Origin: Octopus bimaculoides
Lineage: Eukaryota
Assembly (NCBI RefSeq): GCF_001194135.2
Contig: NC_068985.1
Location: 9,843,520-9,907,519, forward strand
Reading direction: 5' to 3'
DNA: 64,000 bases
Notes under the pieces: generated by a model
The model's database searches: none
What the model was told of the DNA's origin: nothing
Seen by the model: only the letters and a program-made list of their open reading frames with translations
Position numbers and translations under genes: made by a program
Shown here: positions 1-10,843 of the stretch, piece after piece
Layout: the number at the start of each line of letters is the position of its first letter
Numbering within the stretch: the stretch's first letter is position 1

Positions 1-939
1 GTCATATATATATATGTGTGTGTGTGTGTGTGTAAGTGTGTGTGTGCGCGCGCACAAGCGCATGCATGCACGGTGTAATGTTTGAGACGGTGATTCCACT
101 ATTATAGGGTCGTGGAATGGATTCCTGGGCTGAGTTGCTCGTTCGGCCCTTGATTAAAGCACTTTAATATTATGTTGCTCCATAGGTGGCAGGCTGGCAG
201 AAAGGTTAACACGCCAGGCGAAATGCCTAGTGGTATTTCGTCTGTCTTTACGTTCTGAGTTCAAATTACGCTGAGGTCGACTTTGCCTTTCATCNNNNNN
301 NNNNNNNNNNNNNNNNNNNNNNNNNNNNNNNNNNNNNNNNNNNNNNNNNNNNNNNNNNNNNNNNNNNNNNNNNNNNNNNNNNNNNNNNNNNNNNNNNNNN
401 NNNNNNNNNNNNNNNNNNNNNNNNNNNNNNNNNNNNNNNNNNNNNNNNNNNNNNNNNNNNNNNNNNNNNNNNNNNNNNNNNNNNNNNNNNNNNNNNNNNN
501 NNNNNNNNNNNNNNNNNNNNNNNNNNNNNNNNNNNNNNNNNNNNNNNNNNNNNNNNNNNNNNNNNNNNNNNNNNNNNNNNNNNNNNNNNNNNNNNNNNNN
601 NNNNNNNNNNNNNNNNNNNNNNNNNNNNNNCGATAAATTAAGTACCAGTTGCGTACTGGGGTCGATCTAATCGGCAGCCCCCCACCACCATCACCACCAC
701 CACCACCACCACCACCACCACCACAAAACAAAATAGCTTTTGGGCCTTGTGCCTAAAGAAGAAAAGAATATTGTGTTGTTCCAGTCTACTCTGCTGAAAC
801 AAGTAGCAGCTGAGGGCTGGTTCAATCTTCTCTCTCTCTCCCCCAGTCGTAACATCTTGAGTATTCCAGTGGATCAAAGGTAGGAACTTTCAGAATGTGT
901 CTATAGGCGCGTAATAGAATCAGCGAAAATACAATTAAA

Positions 940-1195
940 CTTCTTACTCCACCACACCCAACTTCGCTTATATCCTTACCGTATTCAACTTATCTGAACT
1001 GAACCGATCAATAACCAACCCAACCACAAATAATTGCTACTGCATTAACTTCGCTATTTGCTCCCTAAAGCCAATAGTCTGGTTAAAGTTGTAGTGTCCA
1101 GTGCACTATACAGACCATAACTTGTCAAAGACATACATAGGTCTCACAGCCAATCCATTCGCATTCCGTTTCAATCAAAAATCGCGATACACAGA
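940..1195 (+). mobile_element. Degenerate Penelope-like GIY-YIG endonuclease fragment
   Basis: Frameshifted translation NNCYCINFAIC..NSLVKVVV..QCTIQT..KTYIGLTANPFAFRFNQ: Cys-rich segment followed by the YIG motif. Confidence 0.55.
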
Positions 1196-1734
1196 TATTG
1201 TTTTGAGCTGAGTGGGGGTGCTAGACTCCCTTGTTCGAAAATATAAGGACACAGATCGTGTCGTATAGCCAGCTGGAGACGATGTCTCCTGTGACTAAAT
1301 TACAGCAACATTAGTCCTAAACCAGGACTGTCATGTTATGTTGGCAAATAATCTTTATCTCCAACTTTTATTAAAAACGTTTATTGCAGAATTAGATCCA
1401 TTGTGATACTCACTTTTTTTAAATTGTGTTTTACCAAGGAATCAGTGAAGTAATATGGGCAGTTGATCCGGATGCATGGTTCTTAGAGCTGTAAAATCTA
1501 CAGTGTTATTTCATAGCTGTAAGGGTGACAGCTTCTTAATGGTATCCACTAAGTGTTCATTGATGATAAACCCTACAACAATTTTGTAGAGTTATTAAAT
1601 ATTAACGTAACGGAAAGAGTAAGTTACTAAGTTCATAATAATAAATTAGTAACCCGAGGAAAGTTTAATAACTCTAGAGTTAGCTTTTGGAAGAGTCGAG
1701 TCGATTATACTTTACTTTATTTTATACATATAGT

Positions 1735-1836
1735 TCTATATTTAAGAGATGAGGAATTATGTACATTATTTACATTCGATGGATATTTGTCCTCATCTTG
1801 TTTGTTGTTAACACAACGTTTCGGCTGATATACCCT
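1735..1836 (-). mobile_element. 3' fragment of the tRNA-head/hammerhead element
   Basis: Matches the tail and the CAGCCGAAACGTTGTG half of the hammerhead; truncated by a (TATG)n repeat. Confidence 0.7.
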
Positions 1837-2439
1837 GTATGTATGCGTGTATGTATGTGTGTATGTATGTGTATGTGTGTATTTTTATTCTCCCCGGAAG
1901 GATCAAAAGTGAAGTTGATCGCTGTGACTAGAAACTGGACTGAGATCACGTATGTTTCTTTATGGCTCACTAAATTTTTCTAAATCTTGATTTCGCTCGT
2001 CAGAGCCAGCACGTGTCAGGACACGATGACTCGCTGGATTATCATCGAGATCTGTTGGTATTAACGACCGTAATCAGTACGATAAGAAGTACTTATATAA
2101 TAAACAGAATTGTAAGATGTATGTGTGTATACGTGTGTGTTTGTGTACGTATGTATTTTTATGTGTGTGTATGTGTGTGTGGTTTGTGTGAGAGTATGTG
2201 ATTTGTGTGTGTGTGTTTGCTGTTTACTAAATGATAATCCCTTTATCAATTGTCAAAATATAGGTGTTTCTGCGTAAAAAAAGAAGCAGACGAGCAAATA
2301 CACATTTACAAACACGTGTAGCCGTACGAGGTTGTTTATTAAGACGAGCGTTTATACAGAAACGGAGTGCCTCCTCGTATACGTGCTCAGCAACATAGCC
2401 TGCACGTGCGCGCGCGTGTGTGTGCGAGTGTTGGCATAT

Positions 2440-2755
2440 GTATATATGTATGCATTATGTATGTATGTATGTATGTATTATGTATGTATGTATGTGCAGA
2501 TTTGTATGTATGTATGTATGTATGTATGTATGTATGTGTGTGTATGTATTGTATGTATGTATGTGTGTGTATGTATGTATGTATGTATGTATGTATGCAC
2601 GTATGTACATATGTATGTATGTATTGTATGTATGTATGTATGTGTATGTATGTATGTATTGTATGTATGTATGTATGCATGTATTGTATGCATGTATGTA
2701 TGTATGCATGCATGCACGTACGTACGTACGTATGTATACATGTATGTATGTATGT
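2440..2755. repeat. (TATG)n microsatellite running into a gap
   Basis: Direct reading. It is the source of the spurious MYVC/HTYI ORFs. Confidence 0.98.
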
Positions 2756-3304
2756 NNNNNNNNNNNNNNNNNNNNNNNNNNNNNNNNNNNNNNNNNNNNN
2801 NNNNNNNNNNNNNNNNNNNNNNNNNNNNNNNNNNNNNNNNNNNNNNNNNNNNNNNNNNNNNNNNNNNNNNNNNNNNNNNNNNNNNNNNNNNNNNNNNNNN
2901 NNNNNNNNNNNNNNNNNNNNNNNNNNNNNNNNNNNNNNNNNNNNNNNNNNNNNNNNNNNNNNNNNNNNNNNNNNNNNNNNNNNNNNNNNNNNNNNNNNNN
3001 NNNNNNNNNNNNNNNNNNNNNNNNNNNNNNNNNNNNNNNNNNNNNNNNNNNNNNNNNNNNNNNNNNNNNNNNNNNNNNNNNNNNNNNNNNNNNNNNNNNN
3101 NNNNNNNNNNNNNNNNNNNNNNNNNNNNNNNNNNNNNNNNNNNNNNNNNNNNNNNNNNNNNNNNNNNNNNNNNNNNNNNNNNNNNNNNNNNNNNNNNNNN
3201 NNNNNNNNNNNNNNNNNNNNNNNNNNNNNNNNNNNNNNNNNNNNNNNNNNNNNNNNNNNNNNNNNNNNNNNNNNNNNNNNNNNNNNNNNNNNNNNNNNNN
3301 NNNN

Positions 3305-3545
3305 CTTTTTCTCCCTGTCCCATACAATCATGTCTGGCTTGTTGCGCTTACATGGGTCGCTGTTTTGTGGGAATGTCCAACCAGTGTTCTATAATTTTAA
3401 AGGTGTGGGTACCTTCTGGTTTTGATGTGCCTTTGGTATGGCAGTCAGGACAATCCTTCCTGCGTATGGCATTGTAGGACCGTCTTAGCGACAATGTCAT
3501 GTCTCATGGGAAGGTAGAATCTTGCAGTTATTTTTGGACAACTCA
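3305..3545 (-). mobile_element. Fragment of a non-LTR retrotransposon with restriction-like endonuclease (R4/NeSL/CRE-type)
   Basis: Frameshifted SCPK..MRHDIVAK (CCHC end) followed by EHWLDIP..NKPDMIVWDREKK (PD motif). 3435-3542 is duplicated at 3718-3826. Confidence 0.55.
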
Positions 3546-4123
3546 AGCACTTCTAGGTTTCTAAGCAGATCTGTTGTTACACAATCCTGCACATTTATGA
3601 TAACGGGAAGAAATGAAAATCTATAACAGGTTTATAATCACTTAATCATAGTCGTTCTTCTTTTCCCTATTTTTTTAAAGAACCATTCACATCCACTGGG
3701 CAACTGATCTCTACAATGGTATGGCAGTCGGAACAATCCTTCCTGTGTATGGCATTGTAGGACCGTCTTAGCGACAATATCATGTCTCATGAGAAGGTAG
3801 AACCTTGCAGTTATTTTTGGACAACTGTCGACGGGTCACTCTGCGATGGATTGGCGTTCCGTTCAGGAGGTAATGCCTAGCCAGAGGGATGGCTACATTC
3901 GAAAGCTACAACAATGCAAGTAAGCGCAATGTGACCAGTGGTGTATAACCACATTCAATAATCTGATGTATGTATGTATTCTTTTATTCTTTCACTTGTT
4001 TCTAGTACTTATTCTATCGTTCTCTTTTGCCAAACCGCTAACTTACGGAGACATAAACACACCAACAACGGTTGTCAAGCGATGGTGTGGCGACAAACAC
4101 AGACATGCAAATACATACATGCA

Positions 4124-4127
4124 TATA

Positions 4128-4210
<83 letters not shown>
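4124..4210. repeat. (TA)n microsatellite inside a family B SINE
   Basis: Direct reading. Similar (TA)n, (CA)n and (GA)n tracts at about 23097, 24365, 25940, 30350, 48990, 58500 and 63500. Confidence 0.97.
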
Positions 4211-4212
<2 letters not shown>

Positions 4213-4754
4213 GACGGGCTTCTTTCAGTTTCCGTCTACCAAATCCACTCACACGACTTTGGTCGGCCCGAGGCTATAGTAGAAGACACTTGCCCAAAGT
4301 GTCACGCAGTGGGAATGAACCCGGAATCATGTGGTTAGGAAGCAAGCTTCTTACCACACAGCCATTCCTGTGGATGGATGGATGGATCTTTGTGTTGGTG
4401 TTTGTTCCCACTGTTTGGCATCGGTTCATTTCCATTTCTGTAACTTAGCGGTTCAGCAAAAACGACAAAAATAGGATAAATATCAGACATATAACATATA
4501 ATAGGTCGATTTGATCCACTGAACCCTTTGAGGCAGTGCACCATCATGGTGGTGATTCGAAGACCGAAATCAGTAAAAAGAAAAAAAAAAAATTCCCAGG
4601 CATGGTTGCATGGTAAGAAGTTTGCTTTTCAGCCATGTGATTTCAGGTTCAATGTCACCACATGGCACTGTGGACAAGTATCTTCTGCTATAGCCCTTGG
4701 TTGACCAAACGCCTTGAGTGGATTTGGTACACGAAAACTGCAAGAAGCCCGTCG

Positions 4755-5130
4755 TAATTGCTAATAAGCCAGCCCTTTTAATTAGTCGTTTACACTTTTA
4801 CCGTTTTGAAAATCAACACATGTTTTCAACGGATTTTCTCTTATAAGACTGACAGAAGTAGTTGAGTTTTAACCCTAGGCGTTAAGAGCCGCTGATGAGG
4901 ATTAAGATGGCCTACATCAAAATCCGAAATCGCGATCCGGCTATGTGCGTTGAGGACTTACCTCCCTTTATAAGTCATTAAGACAGTGATTTTGTGGCTT
5001 TCGAGTTATTTTAACTCTTATCCTAAGCAAAGGCCGTGCTAATCAGTACTCTCTATCGCTTTTGTGTCCCCTATTGATTTCGCCTTTAGGTTCTAATTGC
5101 TAATAAACCACCCTTTTTAATTTGTTTTAC
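4755..5130 (+). mobile_element. Hammerhead-bearing 339-nt unit with ~37-nt direct terminal redundancy (retrozyme / Penelope pLTR-like)
   Basis: TAATTGCTAATAAGCCAGCCCTTTTAATT at 4755 recurs as TAATTGCTAATAAACCACCCTTTTTAATT at 5094. The unit interrupts a SINE at its microsatellite. Confidence 0.65.
4887..4942 (+). ncRNA. Minimal type I hammerhead ribozyme, canonical core
   Basis: AGCCG-CUGAUGA-GGAUU(aaGAUGgccuaCAUCaa)AAUCC-GAAA-UCGCGA-UC^CGGCU. Stem I is 5 bp, stem II is 5+4 bp, stem III is the palindrome AUCGCGAU. Predicted cleavage after 4937. Confidence 0.85.
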
Positions 5131-5420
5131 ACACACACACACACATGTATATGTATGTGTGATTTGCCTTTGTGTTAGTGTCTGTGTCCCTACCGGTGTT
5201 GGCTTGTTTACGTCTTTTTAACTAAGCAGTTCGGCTAAAACAAAAAAAAAGACTTATAAAATAGGTACCAGATTCTAACCAGTAATTACTTGCTTCTGTT
5301 CGTTCGACTAAACCCTTCGAGGCGGTGCTCTAGCATGGCCGTAGTCCAATGACCGAAACAAATAAAAAAGATTTGATGGTGTCTACTAATACATCTGTTT
5401 TCGAATTCTACCATGTGTAG

Positions 5421-5830
5421 ATACTCTTCAACTTGTTTCAGCCATGCGGCTGCGATCATGCTGGAGCACCACCGTGGTCTTTCTGATTCCCTCAGCCTGG
5501 GATGTTTCACATCACCACTCCTGTACGTGCCTCTGTCCCAACTGTTGGCCCATTTGGTGTATAAGGGAGTTTGATTCCGCTGCCCTCGTCTGTACCTCAT
5601 GTCGGGTTGTTGGTTCATCCGGTATTGCGAAGAGGAGGATGTCTAGTTCCTTTTTAAAGAATATCTATCTCTACCTTATGCAGATTTCTTAATTTTTGTG
5701 GCTGGGCATTGAAGAGCTGTGGGCCTTTGAACGCTAGACTATTGCAGTACCTGGTCCTGAATTTAGATGGAGCGGATGGTACCTCTGGTACAATTCAATG
5801 GCGGCCAGTCCTGGCACCTATATCAATATC
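5421..5830 (-). mobile_element. CR1/L2-group LINE 3' end
   Basis: Translates RTGRH.IVPEVPSAPSKFRTRYCNSLAFKGPQLFNA..IPDEPT. Highly similar to 59872-60250. Confidence 0.75.
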
Positions 5831-6344
5831 GCACAAATGATGTTAGCATCAATTTTAAAATCCAGCCAAGACTCCCCCACCCCACCTTGTTATCCACCTA
5901 CTACAAAAATTGAACTCAAGACACATAACAACATTCTTTTCTACTCTAGGTACAAGGCCTGAAATTTTGTGGGGAGGTTCCAGTCGATCCCAGTATGCAA
6001 GTGGTACTTAATTTATCGACCCAGAAAGGATGAAAGGCAAAGTCGACTTCGGCGGAATTTGAACTCAGACAGACAAAATACCGCTAAGCATTTCGCCCTT
6101 CGTGCTAACGTTTCTTATTTCTTTACTGCCCACAAGGGGGCTAAACATAGAGGGGACAAACAAGGACAGACAAATGGATTAAGTCGATTAAATCGATCCC
6201 AGTGCGTAACTGGTAATTATTTAATCGACCTCGAAAGGATGAAAGGCAAAATTGACCTCGGCGGAATTTGAACTCAGAACGTAGCGGCAAACGAAATACT
6301 GCTAAGCATTTCGCCCGGCGTGCTAACGTTTCTGCCAGCTCGCC

Positions 6345-6610
6345 ACCTAAGATACATTACAACATTATGACACGACTACTTTACCTCAACTGGTCCAGCT
6401 CTCTTTTATATTATTCCAAAATACATCAAAACGGAAACAGATCCCATAAAATTCAAAAGTTCTCCGGACAAATTTCTCCCAAAATCCCTAACCAACCTCC
6501 TACACCCAGATATGTCTCCAACAATAACTCTTTGCTAGAGTGGGTCATAGTGTCTTACATGTGACTGAGGTGTGAATCACGATCTAAAAAACCTCACCAG
6601 GTGGTGCTTT
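6345..6610 (+). mobile_element. CR1/L2-group LINE 3' fragment (different subfamily)
   Basis: PALLYIIPKYIKTETDPIKFKS..IPNQPPTPRYVSNNNSLLEW-like C-terminal translation. Confidence 0.5.
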
Positions 6611-7205
6611 TAAGTTAGACATGACCTAGGCTTATACTGACTGAAACCTAAGTTTTCTAAGTTATATATCACCAGTTCTTGGAGTTTGCTATTTCTCTAC
6701 ATCTTTGCTCACCGATCACACAAATATTTGATTCATTCTGCCGCCCTTAGAAATTTGTAATCTTAGTTGCTTAACAAAATCCTATGAAAGTGTGATTAAA
6801 TAGTTTTACGTAGTCAAGGGAAATAACTCTTTTTTAAACTAGGAAAAGTTGCTTCGCTTTTTGTCCTTGTCAACGAGGCGCTTGACGTAGTGGTCAGCAT
6901 AATCGGCTCCCGATCGTCAGGGCGTGAGTTCGATTCGTGGCGGCGCGTTGTGCCCTTAAGCAAGACATTTTATTCTACATTGTTCAAATCCAGTCTTCTA
7001 GCAAAGGTCAGCTGCACCGGTGATTCTAAGGGCTACCCTTGTCGCATTCATTTCAGGTTGCATCTCCCTGATAACTACGTTAAGGGTACGCTTGTCGGTG
7101 GAGTGCTCGGCCACTCGCACATAAATTTCACAAGCAGGCTGTTTCGTTGATCGGATCAGCTGGAATACATACATAAAACATACAAATCTGCACATACATA
7201 CATGC

Positions 7206-7586
7206 TGTTGGCACTCCGTCTCTTACGACGTCGAGGGTTCCAGCTGATCCGATCAACAGAACAACCTGCTCGTGAAATTAACGTGCAAGTGGCTGAGCAC
7301 TCCACAGACACGTGTACCCTTAACGTAGTTCTCGGGGATATTCAGCGTAACACAGTGTGACAAGGCTGACCCTTTGAAGTACAGGCACAACAGAAACAGG
7401 AAGTAAGAGTGAGAGAAAGTTGTGGTGGAAGAGTACAGCAGGGTTCACCACCATCCCCTGCCGGAGTCTCGGGGAGCTTTAGGTGTTTTCGCTCAATAAA
7501 CACTCACAACGCCTGCTCTGGGAATCAAAACCGCGATCCTGTGACCGTGAGTCCGCTGCCCTAACCACTGGGCCATTGCGCCTCCA
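7206..7586 (-). mobile_element. tRNA-derived SINE, family D
   Basis: Near-identical to 10471-10843. Confidence 0.85.
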
Positions 7587-9009
7587 CTCATACATACATA
7601 CCCTGTTGTTGATGTTGACTAATATACTGTATCACTGTGTATTATAAGGAATTTGCTCAAAGGATGGGCATCCAGTTGTAAAACACTGCCTCAAAATGTC
7701 TCGAACCCTTGCCAGCACAGAAAGACAAACACAAAAATGATGTTGACAGCATTAAGGATGTGAGAAATATATCCCTACCCAGCAAGGCATAATACTCAAA
7801 TTTTAACAAACAGCAAGGTAGGTCCCAATACATCCCTAACACCATTTATTTCTCTCTCTCTCTTTCTCTAACTTTCTCCCACCTTCCATCTCCTCCTGGG
7901 GTGACCCAGTATCCCCTCCACTGTAAGGCAACTATCTTTGTCCCTCTGTCATACGCTGACTGTTCACCTTTTTCATTTACTTGTTTCAGTCATTTGACTG
8001 CGGCCATACTGAAGCACCGCCTTTAGTTGAATCAAATCGACCCCAGGACTTATTCTTTGTAAGCCTAGTACTTATTCTATCGGTCTCTTTTGCCGAACCG
8101 CTAAGTTACGGGGACGTAAACACCTGGCATACATCCACTTCACTCAGTTCAACCTTTTCTCTCAAACAAGTTGAGAGTTGCTTGGCAATCCTGCAGGTAG
8201 GTGCTGGTGCCATATGAAAAACACTTGTGCCAGTGCCACCTAAAAACTACTTGTGACAGTAACATGTAAAAAGCACCAAATACACTCTGTAAAGTGGTCA
8301 GCATTAGGAAGGGCATCCAGCTGCAGAAACCATGCCAAAACAAATGGAGACTGGTGCAGGCCCTGACCTTATCAGCTCCTGTCAAACCATCCAACTCATC
8401 CAGCATGGAAAGCAAATGTTAAATGATGATGATGATGATGAAGTAATATCTAATGGGCCTTGCCAGGTATGGATACCTAATGCTTTTCTGTGTTGACACA
8501 GGCTCAACAGGACATTTTTTGAAGGGATGTTTCATAGCCGGATGCCCTTCCTTATAAAATATACATGGATAGTACACTATTTGATTCTAAAAACCATCAA
8601 TTCAATAACCACTTGCTGCTTTTAAAGAAATCATAACAACCAGTTAAAGAATTAATTATTTCATTATTTTATTTCTTTATTGCCCACAGGGGGCTAAACA
8701 TAGAGGGGACAGACAAGGGGATTAAGTTGATTACATCGACTCCAGTGATTAACTGGTACTTATTTAATCGACCCAGAAAGGATGAAAAGCAAAGTTGACC
8801 TCGGCGGAGTTTGAACTCAGAACATAATGGCAGATGAAATACTGCTAACCATTTCGCCCGGCGGGCTAACGTTTCTGCCAGCTCACTGCCTTAGGGTTAG
8901 GGTATTCAAATTTTGATATTATTGTCTCTGGTCTTTGTTCATTCAAGCACAAATAAAATTCTATACATTTATAGTGAAAAAGGAGCCCTAAAAATGTCTT
9001 ATATGCCTT

Positions 9010-9392
9010 ATTCGAATAATCTCCAACATCTAAAAATGTAGGAATCTGCAAAATTTTTTTCAAAAAACTGCATTTTTGAAGGAGAGGTGCGAAACTGCAT
9101 TAGCCCCGGAATACCCAAGGGAAGAAGTTGACCAAGGAGTACAGGCCTTCTGATTGATGCAAAAAAAAAAAAAAAAGCAAGATACACTAGAGATCAACTA
9201 GAGAGCATAGCCCAGGACAGGAAAGGTTGAAGGATCGTTGGCATTTGCTTCAATAAAGACAATGGAGGAAGATGTGAAATTAAAAAAAAGGGAGAGTAGG
9301 ATGATTGCCACTGACCAAAGGTCTGCTAGACAAGGCTGACCTGAAGTGAAGTAACAAAAAGGAAATTCATATTCCTTGTCTTTGGGCAAACT
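9010..9392 (+). repeat. Local duplication of 15100-15456
   Basis: Shares the TIR-element/LINE junction and the downstream unique flank with the 15 kb copy. Confidence 0.8.
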
Positions 9393-10470
9393 TATAGACT
9401 AAAACCACAGCTACAATGGGTTTTTTTTGCACCACTAAAGTGAATGGATTCTGTTGTAAGATGAAATATAATCAGTAATTTCATTTGTTCCAGTCCTTAT
9501 CATGTAATCCACAACAAACGAAACACCGGATCAAATTGATTAGGATTGAACTAATATGTCTGGTTTAAATACTCAAGTATTTAAACCAGACGTATTGAAA
9601 CTGACCAGATCCAGTCTTTCACACCTACCCTACAATATCATTCTAAAAATAAACAATCATCATCATCATCATTGTTTAACGTCTGCTTTCCATGCTGGCA
9701 TGGGTTGAATGGTTTAACTGGGGTCTGGGAAGCCAGGAGGCTGCACCATGCCCCAATCTGATCTGGCAGTGTTTCAACAGCTGGATTCCCTTCCTAATGC
9801 CAATCACTCTGAGAGTGTAGGCAGTGCAATTTATGTCCCACCGGCACAGGGGCCAGAGGAGCTGGCATCAACCATGATCAGATGATGCTTTTTACATGCC
9901 ACTGGCACAGAAGCCAGTCAAAGCGGCACTGGCATCAGCCACATTCGGATGGTGCTTTTTACATGCTACCAGCACATCATAAAAATTTCGAAGCTATGAG
10001 ATACTTCATTGATTTTTTAAAATCTACATAATTAAGCATTATATTTGGTAAATTCATTTAAATGCTAAAGGGTTAAAACCAGAGAACTTTAAAAAAAAAA
10101 AGCAACTTCGATAGTTTTCTTCTTGTCTCAAATTTGAGTCCGTAAATTGTTTGTTTCAGTGACTCTCAATAAAGCTTTCAGGATATAGTTTTTACCATGT
10201 TTTACACAACCCTTTCATTACCATATTTCTACCAAAACATACTTTGTTTCAATTAATTCTGAAAATAATTAAGGATTTAGTCAAATAATTAAGAATTTAG
10301 ACAAATAATTATGTCAGCATTAAGATGGTGCTTGGAACTTAAATTAGCATAAAATTTTGATGGAAGATTTATTTTTAATTTCAATTACTTTAAAACAGGA
10401 TGTTTATGTCCTAAAACCAGGTTGGTAACAAAAGGGTTAATATGCAGAGCCATGCAAATTCTCTGTTAAC

Positions 10471-10843
10471 TGTTGTTGCTGTTGGCACTCCGTCGCTTAC
10501 AACGTCGAGGGTTCCAGTTGATCCAATCAATGGAACAGCCTGCTCGTGAAATTAACGTGCAAGTGGCTGAGCACTCCAGACACGTGTACCCTTAACGTAG
10601 TTCTCGGGGATATTCAGTGCGACACAGAGTGACAAGGCTGACCCTTTGAATTACAGACACAACAGAAACAGGAAGAAAGAGTGAGGGAACGTTGTGGTGA
10701 AAGAGTACAGCAGGGTTCGCCACCATCCCCTGCAGGAGCCTCGTGGAGCTTTAGGTGTTTTCGCTCAATAAACTCATAACGCCCGGTCTGGGAATCGAAA
10801 CCGCGAGTCTGCTGCCCTAACCATTGGGCCATTGCGCCTCCAC
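10471..10843 (-). mobile_element. tRNA-derived SINE, family D (resembles octopus OR-type SINEs)
   Basis: A/B boxes (TGGCCCAATGG; GTTTCGATTCC), (CAA)n tail, 11-bp TSD CTCTGTTAACT. Other copies at 7206-7586, 19834-20198, 36541-36891 and degenerate 30419-30725. Confidence 0.85.

Noticed and set aside
1960-2010. Minus-strand CUGACGA-GC-GAAA-UCAAGA-UU hammerhead-like core
   Set aside because: Stem II is essentially absent and stem I does not pair at the cleavage site. At best it is a deleted relic.
261-3477. Long ORFs of 117-381 aa (MYVC/HTYI repeats and X runs)
   Set aside because: Artefacts of N gaps and (TATG)n or (CAC)n microsatellites. The same applies to 15123-16722 and 54080-54586.
6876-6950. 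tRNA gene-like sequence (also the heads of families A, B and D)
   Set aside because: A/B boxes are present but there is no complete acceptor stem, and each runs into a SINE body.
8891-8903. TTAGGGTTAGGG telomere-like motif
   Set aside because: Only two units, which is expected by chance.
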